From: an uncultured delta proteobacterium
Lineage (GTDB): Bacteria > Desulfobacterota > Zymogenia > Zymogenales > Zymogenaceae
Reading direction: 5' to 3'
Length of the DNA: 64,000 bases
NCBI GenBank assembly: GCA_963735595.1
Contig: CAVTLK010000002.1
Location: 512,001 to 576,000 of the forward strand
The notes below the pieces were generated by a model. It ran no database searches, had not been told where the DNA came from, and worked only from the letters and a program-made list of their open reading frames with translations. Made by a program: the position numbers and the translations under genes. Within the stretch, counting starts at the first letter, position 1. Every line of letters starts with the position of its first letter. This document shows positions 21,840-34,761 of this stretch, one piece after another.

Positions 21840-22356
21840 ATGAAGGCAGTGAAATATATACCGTTAGTAGCCGTCCTAAGCATACTTCTTGTTGTTGACG
21901 TTCGGGTGCAAGACGACGACGAATACGTCGGTTGAAGGGCAGCGGGAACCACGGACGTTGGGCCGGGCCACGGGATTACAGGGCACCGAGATTCCCGGAG
22001 AAGGGCTGGACGGGACCCTCTACGGGCTGGAGGACATCCATTTCGAGTTCGACCAGTCGTCGCTGAATCCGGAGGCCCAGGAGGTGTTGAGGAGAAACGC
22101 CGACTGGCTCCGGAAGAACTCCTCCGTTTCGATCGAGGTCGAGGGGCACTGCGACGAGCGGGGGACGATCGAATACAACCTGGCCCTCGGCGACCGGCGG
22201 GCGCGCAGCGCAAAGGACTTCCTGGTCAATCTCGGTATCGGCGCGGCCCGGCTGCGCACCATCAGCTACGGCAAGGAAATGCCGATGGACCCGGGACATA
22301 CCGAGGGAGCGTGGGCAAAGAACCGACGGGCTCATTTTACGATTATCTCGAAGTAA
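21840..22356 (+). CDS. pal: Peptidoglycan-associated lipoprotein
   Basis: Lipobox TFGC; IHFEFDQS, EGHCDERGTIEYNLALGDRRA, ISYGKE, KNRRA. Confidence 0.93.
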
Positions 22357-22480
22357 CGAATCGGGACGGTTGGCAGCCGCCGGGGCTGGCGCGGATACAG
22401 CGCGCGGTTCCCTGCGATACTGCGATCGTATCGAAGGGCGCCGGCCGTCCGATAGGGTGAGGGGTCTCTTCGATAAATAC

Positions 22481-22508
22481 GTGTAACGTGTAACGTGTAA
22501 AGTGTAAC
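22481..22508. repeat. Heptamer tandem repeat (GTGTAAC)x4
   Basis: GTGTAAC GTGTAAC GTGTAAA GTGTAAC in the pal-holB spacer. Confidence 0.8.
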
Positions 22509-22573
22509 GCATAAAGGGTTTACGGCCCCGCCCCGGCAAGTGGGGCCGTTTTATTTGGCCGATTTGTTTGCAT

Positions 22574-23550
22574 ATGATCGATCTTTCGGCGATCAAGGGA
22601 CAAAAACAGGCGGTCGGGATACTGACGGGTTTCCTCGAATCGGGACGGGTGCCCCATGCGCTGCTCTTCTCCGGCCCGGAGGGGGTCGGAAAGCGGTTCG
22701 CCGCCGGTCTCTTTCGCCCGGGCGGTATTCTGCCGATCAGAAGGGACGGTCCCCTGCTTTTCGTGCGATGCCTGCGGCAAGATAGAACGGGGTGCCTTCC
22801 CCGATCTGATCCAGCGTCGGGATCGCGGAAGACAAGACCCGCATCCTGATCGAGCAGATACAGGAAATCGAGCGAATCGTGGCCTATCACCCGTTTTCCG
22901 GCGACTCGCCGCGTTATCATCATCGATCCGGCCGACCTGATGACCGAGGATGCGTCGGCGGCGATCCTCAAGACCCTGGAAGAGCCGCCCGCCGGGACAC
23001 ACTTCATCCTGGTGACCGGACCGGGCTTTCAGCCTTCCCCCCACGATCCTCTCGCGCTGCCAGAAGGTGAGGTTTTCGCCGCTGGCCCGTTCGGTGATCG
23101 CCGAGATCCTGGGCGGCGGCGACGAGGCCCAGGAGGCGGCGGAAATGGCCCGCGGGAGCCTGTCGCGGGCGCGGTCGATGATATCGGGGGGGCTCGTCTC
23201 GGCACAGGAACAGATGATCGGGACGCTCTCGGAGATGGGAGCTCAACGACCCGATGGGTATTCAGAGACTGTCCGAATCGGTCACAAAATATAAGGTTGA
23301 TATTTTTGACATAATCGATATACTGAAGTGTTGGTATCGGGACCTGATGATAAGCCGGGAAACTCACCGGAAGGGAGATCTCGTCTATCATCGGCTCGTA
23401 AAGGATTTCGGCGGCCTGTGGGCGCAAACGAGCGTCCGGTCTCTCATAGAAAGCATGGAGGCCGCCCAGCAGATCGAGCGAATCCTGACCTCCCGGATGC
23501 ACCTTAACATGCGCATTGCGACTGGAAGCGCTCTTTATCAGACTTGTTGA
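22574..23550 (+). CDS. holB: DNA polymerase III subunit delta' (frameshifted)
   Basis: IKGQ, HALLFSGPEGVGK, C...PCFSCDAC zinc motif, LKTLEEPP, TILSRC; directly upstream of PSP1 and metG. Confidence 0.87.
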
Positions 23551-23565
23551 GTTGAAATATAACCA

Positions 23566-26475
<2,910 letters not shown>

Positions 26476-26476
26476 T

Positions 26477-27252
26477 ATGCTGATCGATTCCCATGCGCAT
26501 CTGGATCTTTTCAAGGGCGACCGCAACGAGGTCATCGCCCGGGCCTTTGCGCGCGGGGCTTTCGGCTATCGTCACGGTCGGCATCGACCTCAATTCCTCC
26601 AGGAAGACCCTCGAGATCGCCCGCTCCCACAAAGACATCTACGCCGTTCTCGGCGTGCACCCGCACGACGCCAAGATGGTCACGAAAAATACGCATCGAC
26701 GAGATCGGGCGGCTTGCCTCAGACCCCAAGGTCGTGGCCATCGGCGAGACGGGGCTCGACTATTACCGCAGGCTCTCGCCCGAGGACGTCCAGGTTCGGG
26801 TCTTCCGGCAGTTCCTTGATCTTGCCGCGGACCTGAAGCTTCCCATCGTCATCCACGACCGGGACGCCCACGACCAGGTGCTGCGAATTCTGGCCGAACA
26901 GCACGAAAAGGGCGGCTTTACGGCGTCCGCGGGCCCCGGCGTGATCCACTGCATCTCGGGCGACTGGGCCTACGCGAAGACCTGCCTCGACATGGGGTTT
27001 TATATCTCCGTGCCGGGGGTGGTGACGTTTCCGAAGGCACGGGACGCTCCACGACGTCGTCAGGAGACTCCCCGCCGACCGAATCCTCGTCGAGACCGAC
27101 TGCCCCTTTCTGACCCCGGAACCGTTCCGCGGCAAACGCAACGAGCCGGCCTATGTCAAGTACACCGCCGACGCCTGCGCGCGGCTGCGGGGGGAGGACG
27201 CACAAGCGTTTATGGATCGCGGCCGAGAATACGATGCGGGTGTTCGGGATAG
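26477..27252 (+). CDS. tatD: TatD-family hydrolase (frameshifted)
   Basis: IDSHAHL, GVHPHDA, AIGETGLDY, IHDRDAH, ETDCPFL. Confidence 0.9.
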
Positions 27253-27367
27253 GGCGGTAATGCGGGGATTGTCAGCGTTGAATGGCGGCTCACGGATAAC
27301 CCTTATTTCTCTATGGCACCGTTGATTTGTCAGGCAGTGATCTGTAGTTGGTGAGAACCCTTTTCCT

Positions 27368-27398
27368 GGGTGCCACTGGCAAGCGAAGCTTGCCAGTG
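27368..27398 (+). repeat. REP upstream of the RAYT gene
   Basis: GGGTGC-CACTGGCAAGC-GAA-GCTTGCCAGTG. Confidence 0.8.
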
Positions 27399-27474
27399 AG
27401 TAGTCGTTAGAGCTTAATAGAAACTTTCGACGTACCTCCTTGTATTTTATGGACAGGAGAACGAATCCGTCGTC

Positions 27475-28032
27475 ATGGAGTATATTCGAAGAAAGAAAGT
27501 AAAGCATCATAATGAGGCTCATCAGGCCCACGAACTCACCTTCTCATGCCACAAGAGACTTCCCCTCTTATCAGAGAGAAGAGCGTGCATATGGTTTATT
27601 GAAGCCCTATGCTCCGCTCGTCAGAAGACCGACTATTCCATCCTTGCCTTCGTAATAATGCCAAATCATGTGCACGTGATTGTTAATCCTAATGGACCGA
27701 AATGCGAAATATCACTGTTTTTAAAGTCGGTCAAGCAATCGGTTTCTCGCAAAGCGGCCCGATGGCTTGAGGAAAATGATCCGGTGCAATATAGGAGATT
27801 GCTTGTCGGACAAGTTAGGGGAAAGCGCGTCTTCAGGTTCTGGATGGCCGGGGGAGGGTACGACAGAAATATTACGGATCATAATACCCTAATGAGAATG
27901 ATAGAGTATATACACGGAAACCCCGCGAGAAAAGGCCTCGTGGAGAATCCGATCGACTGGGAATGGTCCAGCATCTTACGCTGCCGTAGCGGCTCATCTT
28001 CGATCCTGGAAACTGATCCAATACCCTGGTAA
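27475..28032 (+). mobile_element. REP-associated tyrosine transposase (RAYT, HUH/Y1 family)
   Basis: HELTFSC, VIMPNHVH (HUH motif), FW...GYDRNI, YIHGNPARKGLV...DWEWSS; flanked by inverted REPs. Confidence 0.9.
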
Positions 28033-28081
28033 GCCGCTTTCAGTATTAAGCCAATAACAAAATGGATTGTATATAGTAAGA

Positions 28082-28112
28082 CACGGACAACCTGCGGTTG
28101 TCCGTGGCACCC
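28082..28112 (-). repeat. REP downstream of the RAYT gene (inverted)
   Basis: CACGGACAACC-TGC-GGTTGTCCGTG-GCACCC. Confidence 0.8.
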
Positions 28113-28314
28113 ATCGAGCATTCATATTTCACCCCCATGTCATCACGGATAAAAAAGCGACCAAACGGGTCGCCTTTTTTTACGGTATGGCATTGATTGA
28201 TACGTTCATTGCGCTGATGAAAAACCGGGTAATTGTGCGGCGCGGATAAGTGCTCTATACTATGTATCAGAGTAACAGAACGTGAAATAGGGTCGGTTAA
28301 GAAAGGAGGTAACA

Positions 28315-28713
28315 ATGGCGCGGGAACTAATCGCTGATACCGAATTCTATAAGCTCGAAGTCGATAGCGCAGAGAACAGGTCTTTTTCCATCTATCGGGG
28401 ATTTTGGCCGGATACCGAGGAATTCAAGAAAAACTATCTCGCCAATATGCAGAAGTTGGTTTCGAGGCTTCGCCCCGGGTTTACCACCGTCGTGGATATC
28501 CGGGAGCTTAAAATTCCGGCCCAGGGCGTGATGGAAACGATCATCAAGGTCCAGGAGATGATCAAGAACGCCGGCGTCAAGCGGTCGGCCCGTATCAGCG
28601 ACCAGGCGATACAGACGATCGCCGCCGACAGGGTCGGGAGGGAAAACGAGATGAAGGAGACAACGCGGACCTTCAACTCGCTCCCGGAAGCCCTGGCGTG
28701 GCTCAATACGTAA
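28315..28713 (+). CDS. Hypothetical protein, possibly STAS/SEC14 (SpoIIAA)-like
   Basis: Strong RBS AGGAGG; VVDIRELK and C-terminal TFNSLPEALAWL pattern. Confidence 0.65.
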   Translation: MARELIADTEFYKLEVDSAENRSFSIYRGFWPDTEEFKKNYLANMQKLVSRLRPGFTTVVDIRELKIPAQGVMETIIKVQEMIKNAGVKRSARISDQAIQTIAADRVGRENEMKETTRTFNSLPEALAWLNT

Positions 28714-28970
28714 AACGCCCACGCACTACGTAAAAACGGTTAATAAGGGGACCCGGTACGTAACCAAGAGAATCTCAGCCTGGTCACACGCCGGTGGTTG
28801 GGTATTGCGTCCCCTTAACCCCCTGGTTCTACCTTCCGCTCGCTAAAAAGTAAGCGCCGCTCACTTTTCGTCTTGACTCACCGTGTACCCCTGGTATACA
28901 GTATACACCGCGCCATGAGTACACATCCAGTCTCCGCTTCATCTTCCACCTCTTCCACAGGAGTGATCCC

Positions 28971-29543
28971 ATGTCCGAAAAAACCGTATCCAATCTCGTC
29001 ATTCGAATGGTGCTCGACTCTACCGAAGATATCCTTGGGACTAACGGCCTCAAGGCCATGCTCAACTACGGCGGCCTCATACGCCTTTTCGAGGATAAGC
29101 CGGACTATTCGTTCGACAAGAACTATACCGACCAGGAATACGGCCAATTGACCGCCAGCTGGTATAAGGTCCTGGGAGACTCCGGGGGCAAGGCGGTCTT
29201 TCGGATGATCGGAAAATCATCGGGGAAGCGTTCTATCGGGACCGGCATCTTCGACTCCCTCAAGGACCTTCCGGCACCGGAGAAACTCTTCAAGATGGTG
29301 GAGCTGTTTTCGCTGGCAACGGGCAGGGGCAAGGCGTCAAATGAGGGGGACGTGGTCGTCTACGACAACCCCGGCTGCACGGCGTGCGTCAACTTCACGT
29401 CGGATACGGCGGTCTGCACGGCGCTCAACGGCGCGTTTGATGAATACGCCGCTTGGGCGAACGTTACGGGAGTCAGGACCGTGGAGACTAAGTGCAAGGC
29501 CAAGGGAGACGACACCTGCCGATACGAGGTGCTGCCGGGCTGA
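28971..29543 (+). CDS. Stand-alone V4R-domain protein, copy 3
   Basis: SEKTVSNLVIR N-terminus like the 11 kb copies; GCTAC...VC...ETKCKAKGDDTCRYE. Confidence 0.85.
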   Translation: MSEKTVSNLVIRMVLDSTEDILGTNGLKAMLNYGGLIRLFEDKPDYSFDKNYTDQEYGQLTASWYKVLGDSGGKAVFRMIGKSSGKRSIGTGIFDSLKDLPAPEKLFKMVELFSLATGRGKASNEGDVVVYDNPGCTACVNFTSDTAVCTALNGAFDEYAAWANVTGVRTVETKCKAKGDDTCRYEVLPG

Positions 29544-29597
29544 GATTGGAAAGGAGTAGTGCGGCGGCTTACGGGAGAAAATACGTTTGAGAAGCTT

Positions 29598-29621
29598 GTA
29601 GGGGCGGTTCGCGAACCGCCC
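29598..29621 (+). repeat. GTAG-type REP between convergent genes
   Basis: GTAGGGGCGGTTCGCGAACCGCCC. Confidence 0.75.
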
Positions 29622-29629
29622 GTTCTCTC

Positions 29630-30181
29630 CTAATTCTGCCCTTTCTTGAGCATCGCATTCATTTCATCGCAGGCATAACTGTATCCCAGCTCGCACGCGC
29701 GGCGAAAATCGGCGACCGCCCCCTCGGTATTGCCCATCTCCCGGTAAGCCAGTCCCCTGCAAAAGAGGCAAACCACGTTGTCCGGGTCAATCGTCAGCGC
29801 CGAGGTATAATCGGCCGCGGCGTTATCATAATTATTGGCCTGCTCGTACACGCGCCCACGGACGTAATAAGCCCCGGCGTCGGTGGGATCAATCGCCAGG
29901 GCGCGATTTAGGTCCTGGTACGCATCCTCAAATCTTCCCACGACGAGAAGGGTCGATCCCCGGGCGAAGAGGGCTTTTTCGTTGTTCGGATCCAGATCGA
30001 TCGCGCGGTCGAAGCAGGCTATTGCCTCTTCGTAGCGCGTCGTATCGACTAATTTCAGGCCCTTTTCGTACCATGACGCCGACGAGTCGGCCGGCCCTTC
30101 GGCGAAGGCCGGCAGGTGTACCGCCCAAAGGGCGATCACACCGAGGGCGACCACAATCACTCCCCCCGACACGATTCCCAT
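29630..30181 (-). CDS. Exported TPR protein
   Basis: Signal peptide, four TPR motifs, ADFRRACELGYSYAC ending. Confidence 0.85.
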   Translation of the reverse strand: MGIVSGGVIVVALGVIALWAVHLPAFAEGPADSSASWYEKGLKLVDTTRYEEAIACFDRAIDLDPNNEKALFARGSTLLVVGRFEDAYQDLNRALAIDPTDAGAYYVRGRVYEQANNYDNAAADYTSALTIDPDNVVCLFCRGLAYREMGNTEGAVADFRRACELGYSYACDEMNAMLKKGQN

Positions 30182-30215
30182 CCTTGTCGCCCTGGATTCC
30201 GCGAGTCCCGGGATT

Positions 30216-30800
30216 TCACGGTAAGCCCTCCTCCTTTCTCACGAAGCAGTCCACCAGGTGGTCGTTGACCAGCCCCGTGGCCTGCAGGTGGGCATAGATG
30301 ATCGTCGGGCCGACAAACGTGTACCCGAGCTTCTTGAGGGCCTTGCTTGCGACGGCGGCCTCATCGGTGAAGGCCGGGATCTCCGAGAGATGCCGATAAT
30401 CGTGGATGATCGGTTTACCGCCGATGAGACCGAGCAGCAGGCCGGAAAAGGTCTCATTCTCGTTGTGCAGCGCCACGAAACGGGACGCATTATTGACGAC
30501 CGATTTCACCTTCGCCCGGTTCCTGATACCGCCCGCGTCCTGGAGGATCGCGGCGATCGTCTTCTCGTCGAAGGCGGCCACCGCATCGCAGTTGAACCCG
30601 GCAAAGAGCCGCCGGAGGTTTATGCGCTTCTTGAGGACCGTCTCCCAGCTCAGCCCCGCCTGGAATCCCTCGAGGCACAGGTGCTCGAAGTGCGCCCGGT
30701 CGTCCAGCGTGAGCCTCCCCCATTCGGTGTCGTGGTATTCAATCATGAGCGGACTTCCCGCCCAGGGACAGCGGTTACGCATACTTTTTTCCTCTTTCAC
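30216..30800 (-). CDS. tag: DNA-3-methyladenine glycosylase I
   Basis: RCPWA...YHDTEWG, LEGFQAGLSW, GIRNRAK, FVGPTIIYA...VNDHLVDC. Confidence 0.93.
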   Translation of the reverse strand: MKEEKSMRNRCPWAGSPLMIEYHDTEWGRLTLDDRAHFEHLCLEGFQAGLSWETVLKKRINLRRLFAGFNCDAVAAFDEKTIAAILQDAGGIRNRAKVKSVVNNASRFVALHNENETFSGLLLGLIGGKPIIHDYRHLSEIPAFTDEAAVASKALKKLGYTFVGPTIIYAHLQATGLVNDHLVDCFVRKEEGLP

Positions 30801-30928
30801 TATAGGTATTTTACTATATAATTGTAGCGGCGATCAATGGTGAACTTGACGGGGCCGCGCTTTTCGTGCGCGACCACGGGCGTTGTGACGCTTCCGATAA
30901 ACCGCCGGCCTGACGGGAGGAAAGTTCG

Positions 30929-31540
30929 ATGCCTGTTTGGGGAAACCGTTCCATGAACATGCTGCTGTTTGTCGTGGCGGCGGTCGCCGCCGGGGTGATC
31001 CAGGGCCTTCTCTTCCCGCCAGGGACGTGGGCTTTCAGGGGCGAGGGCTACTGGACGGCGTTTTTCTTAAACTGGGACCTGAACCTACTGCTGACGCTGG
31101 TCCTCTTTCTCCTCATCGTGCACCGGCAACCGAAGGCAGCGCCGAAGGGATTGATGCTCAGAACGGTGATCAGGTGGCTCGCGGCCGTCAGCACGGTCCT
31201 GCTGGGCGGGGCGCTGCTCCTGTTCCTGGAATCCAAGGTGACGGCGGGGCTTGTCGTTCTCTGGTGGGTCCTGTTGTGGTTTTACCTGTATACCGTCCTC
31301 GAACAGCTGAAGCGGCTCGTCAAGGCGTTCGAGCGGGCGGAGCTTTTTAAAATACTTTCACTGTCTCTTACACTGGTATTTAACTGGGTCGCCTTTTCGA
31401 TCGCGTTCGGGGTGCGCGGCGGGTCGATAGACGGCTACTTACTGGTGTTCATCGTCGAGTTGGCGGTCGCGTTCGTCGTGGTCGGTGGCGACAGCGTTTT
31501 TCTTTGGGCACGACACGCCGCAGGCGACGCTGAGGGTTGA
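30929..31540 (+). CDS. Hypothetical multi-pass membrane protein
   Basis: About six hydrophobic segments; RBS GGAGG. Confidence 0.7.
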   Translation: MPVWGNRSMNMLLFVVAAVAAGVIQGLLFPPGTWAFRGEGYWTAFFLNWDLNLLLTLVLFLLIVHRQPKAAPKGLMLRTVIRWLAAVSTVLLGGALLLFLESKVTAGLVVLWWVLLWFYLYTVLEQLKRLVKAFERAELFKILSLSLTLVFNWVAFSIAFGVRGGSIDGYLLVFIVELAVAFVVVGGDSVFLWARHAAGDAEG

Positions 31541-31610
31541 ACCAGGGACGGCCGCGATCCTCCGAGATGCCGGACGGCGAGGCGCCGGCCCTGCTGCCGC
31601 GCGGGCGGGA

Positions 31611-32400
31611 TTACGCCGTCTTTTCCTTCTCCCAAGCCTCCCGCGCCAGAAGCGCCGCGCCCAGGGCGCCGGCCAGCTGGGAAAGCTCGCTGGTGAGGAT
31701 CGTGTGGCCCAGGTTCTTTTCGAGGGCGTGGACCACCCCGACGTTCTTCGAGACGCCGCCGGTCAGCACCACGTCGTCTGCAATGGGGACGCGCCGGGCC
31801 ATGGAGGCCACGCGGCTGGTGATGGCGTCGTGGATGCCGGCGATGATGTCCTGTTTGGGAAGCCCCCCCGCGATGTGGGAGATCACCTCGGACTCGGCAA
31901 AGACCGTGCACATGCTCGATATCTTTGCGGGGTCGTGAGAGGTGGTCGAGAGTCTTGCCGAAGTCGTCCAGGTCTACCTCCAGCGCGTGGGCCATGACCT
32001 CAAGAAACCTGCCCGTGCCCGCCGCGCACTTCTCGTTCATCACGAAGTCCTTCACGCGGCCGGTCTCGTCGATCGACATCGCCTTGCTGTCCTGCCCGCC
32101 GATATCGATGACCGTCCGGGCGGACGGCCGGATGAAGTTCGCCCCCTTGGCGTGGCAGGTGATCTCCGTGATCTGTTTTTGCGCGAACGGCACGTTGATC
32201 CGCCCGTAGCCGGTGGAAACGATATAGGCGATATCGGAAAGCGCCAGCGACGCCGACGAAAGGCACATATCCATGACCTTTTGCGCGGTCTCGGCGCTTT
32301 TATACCCCGCGGGGATGATGGTGTGACAGATAATCGTTCCGTTTTCAATGACGACCGCCTTGGCGGTCAGTGAACCCAGGTCTACGCCTCCAAAACGCAT
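31611..32400 (-). CDS. 2-hydroxyacyl-CoA dehydratase activator (HgdC/BadF family; frameshift near 31945)
   Basis: GVDLGSLTAK, STGYGR, TEITCHAKG, DIGGQDSK, MNEKCAAGTGRFLE, MCTVFAESEVIS. Confidence 0.9.
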
Positions 32401-32516
32401 CGGCCGATCCTCCTTTGGCCTTAGTCTATTATGCTTGGGTGCTGCTGTCAACCCCGGCGGGCGCCCTTTTAAAAAAATGAGTCCGGTGGTATAATAAAAG
32501 TAGACCAAAGCGTGGG

Positions 32517-32969
32517 GTGATTGTCATGAACACAAAAACTATGCTTCGATGGGGCATTATAGTGCTGATAGCCGTTGCCGCCTCGTGCGCCACAACCGGC
32601 GCGCAGACCGGTGTACCGCCGGAGGTAGAGGTGTCGGTAATCAACTTTGCCCCGTCAACAGATATCGGGATGACCACGGAGGTCAACTTCTCGGTGGTTA
32701 ACCTGACCGACCGGGAGCTGACCGGCCTGACCCTTGTCGTTACCTCTAACCCTTCCAACGGCGTGGATCTTCCCTATGAGGAGAAGGCCATCGACCGGAT
32801 CGTTCCCGGCGGGTCCTGGAACCCGGGGCCTTTCTTGGTTCGGGGGAGGCACGCGGGGTCAACGGCGGTCTTCTTTACCGTCATGAGAGACGGCGTGAGG
32901 CTCGCGCGGGACTATACGCTGGTCCAGGTGGGTAACGACGACGACGGTTTTATCTTCGTTCCCTTTTAA
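32517..32969 (+). CDS. Hypothetical lipoprotein, Ig-like/beta-rich
   Basis: Lipobox AASC; beta-strand pattern. Confidence 0.7.
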   Translation: MIVMNTKTMLRWGIIVLIAVAASCATTGAQTGVPPEVEVSVINFAPSTDIGMTTEVNFSVVNLTDRELTGLTLVVTSNPSNGVDLPYEEKAIDRIVPGGSWNPGPFLVRGRHAGSTAVFFTVMRDGVRLARDYTLVQVGNDDDGFIFVPF

Positions 32970-33171
32970 CCCCATCGGCGGCCCGTGATGGGTGTGGCGG
33001 AGCGACGGCGGCGGGGCCGGCCGCGCGCTTGCGCGGGTGGCCACTGGGGAAGTGCTTTCGTATCCGGGACACGGCAACCCAGGGTGCCCGCCCCGCTGCG
33101 GGCTCTTTTTTGTTTTCCGTTGCCTCCCCGATATGCTATAGTAATCGCGGGCTCCCGGAAAGAGAAATCAA

Positions 33172-33780
33172 TTGCAGTTGACCGATCTCCCCTCACTGAA
33201 CACCCGATGGGACGCGCGTTACCCCACGGAAGACCCCGAGGTCTGGGAACGGCCGTCGGCCTTTCTCGTCGAGTGTATGCCGCTGTTTGGCGGCGGCAGG
33301 GCGCTGGACGTGGCCTGCGGGCCGGCGAGAAACGCCGTTTTCCTTGCCGAGAGGGGGTACATCGTGGACGGGGTGGACAACTCCCGGGAAGGCCTCCTGA
33401 TGGCCCGGGGATTTGTCGGGCGGCGGAACGTGCCGGCGAACCTGTCGGTGAACCTGCCGGTGAACTTGATCTTCGCCGACCTGGCCAGCTACGCCGTCAG
33501 GCCCGGCAGCTACGACCTCATCTTGAACTTCTTCTATCTTAACCGGGCGCTCATGCCGTCGCTGGTCGAGGGGCTCAAGGCCGGCGGGTACCTGGTCTTT
33601 GAGTCCTTCACGACGGAAAACCGCAGGTTTGCGCCCCTCAAGGACCCCGCTCACTATCTGGCGCCCAACGAGCTACTCACATTAGCCGGCACGATGCGCG
33701 TGCTTGGTTACTATGAGGGGACGGTTATCGAGGCGGGGATGGCCCGGTCGATCGCCCGTATGGTTGCCCGAAAGGAATAG
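33172..33780 (+). CDS. Class I SAM-dependent methyltransferase (TehB-like)
   Basis: GRALDVACGPARNAVFLA, YDLILNFFYL, LKAGGYLVFE. Confidence 0.87.
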   Translation: MQLTDLPSLNTRWDARYPTEDPEVWERPSAFLVECMPLFGGGRALDVACGPARNAVFLAERGYIVDGVDNSREGLLMARGFVGRRNVPANLSVNLPVNLIFADLASYAVRPGSYDLILNFFYLNRALMPSLVEGLKAGGYLVFESFTTENRRFAPLKDPAHYLAPNELLTLAGTMRVLGYYEGTVIEAGMARSIARMVARKE

Positions 33781-33912
33781 GTGCGGGGGACAGGAGCGGC
33801 CCGGTCCCGTGAACCCGTTTTTTTTTATGCGGACGGCCGCGTCCATCATCGAGGGTCGCGTAACACCGGCCGCACTCATTACTAACCTATTGACCTATTG
33901 TAACCAATCACG

Positions 33913-34674
33913 ATGTCTACCGCTATCCTGACCGTTGGAAACGAGATCCTTTCCGGGCACGTCCTGGATACCAACACGCACTGGCTCCTGGGCCGGCTCT
34001 TTCTCCTGGGCGAGCAGGTAACGGCCGCCGTCGTGCTACCCGACGATGCGGACGAGATCGTCCGATGGGTGGCCGAGTTTTCCGGCGGCGTCGATTTCCT
34101 GTTTGTCTGCGGCGGCCTCGGGGCGACGCCGGACGACCTGACGGTTGCCGCCCTGGCGCGGGCGGCTGGCCGGGGCCTCGAGGTCTCCGAGGAAGCGCTG
34201 GCCCACATGGAAGAGCTGAGCAATTTCCTCCTCGAAAAGGGCTTTATCAAGGCGAAGATGGAGATAAACGACGGGATCAGGAAGATGGCGACGGTCGTCG
34301 AGGGAGCGAAGGTCCTCGAAAACCGGGCGGGCTTCTGCCCCGGCTCGACCTTCGAATTCAAGGGGACGCGGATATTCGTCCTGCCCGGGGTGCCCCAGGA
34401 GCTCAAGACGATCTTCACCGACCAGATCGAGGGGACTTACGTCAAACAGCGGGGCGACCGGTATACGGAGGAGATCGTCCTTTCCGAGGTGGAGGCCCGC
34501 ATCGCCGGCCTCCTTGCCAAGCTCAACGAGCAGTTCCCCGGCGTATCCATCGGATCGTACCCGACCTACGGCGCCAAGACCCTCGTGATCCGGGCGATGG
34601 GGCAGAACCCCGAGGACGTGAAACGCGTCCTGGCCGAGATCAGGGAGTACGCGGAGTCGCTTCCGGAGATATAG
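33913..34674 (+). CDS. CinA N-terminal-like (MoCF-biosynthesis fold) protein
   Basis: VGNEILSGHVLDTN, GGLGATPDDLT, LPGVPQE, IGSYP. Confidence 0.88.
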   Translation: MSTAILTVGNEILSGHVLDTNTHWLLGRLFLLGEQVTAAVVLPDDADEIVRWVAEFSGGVDFLFVCGGLGATPDDLTVAALARAAGRGLEVSEEALAHMEELSNFLLEKGFIKAKMEINDGIRKMATVVEGAKVLENRAGFCPGSTFEFKGTRIFVLPGVPQELKTIFTDQIEGTYVKQRGDRYTEEIVLSEVEARIAGLLAKLNEQFPGVSIGSYPTYGAKTLVIRAMGQNPEDVKRVLAEIREYAESLPEI

Positions 34675-34761
34675 ACGTGTACGGCCCGGGGCGCCGCCAG
34701 CGCGGCTGCCGCCTTCCGGCGACGATCCGCATCCATCCCCATATAAAGGGAGCAGCACCTC

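Noticed and set aside
28707..28765. Short TACGTAAAACG direct repeats after the 28315 gene
   Set aside because: Only two exact copies, one overlapping the stop codon; too weak to interpret
28795..28809. sigma54-like TGGTTGGGTATTGCG upstream of V4R copy 3
   Set aside because: GG-to-GC spacing is one base short of the required 10
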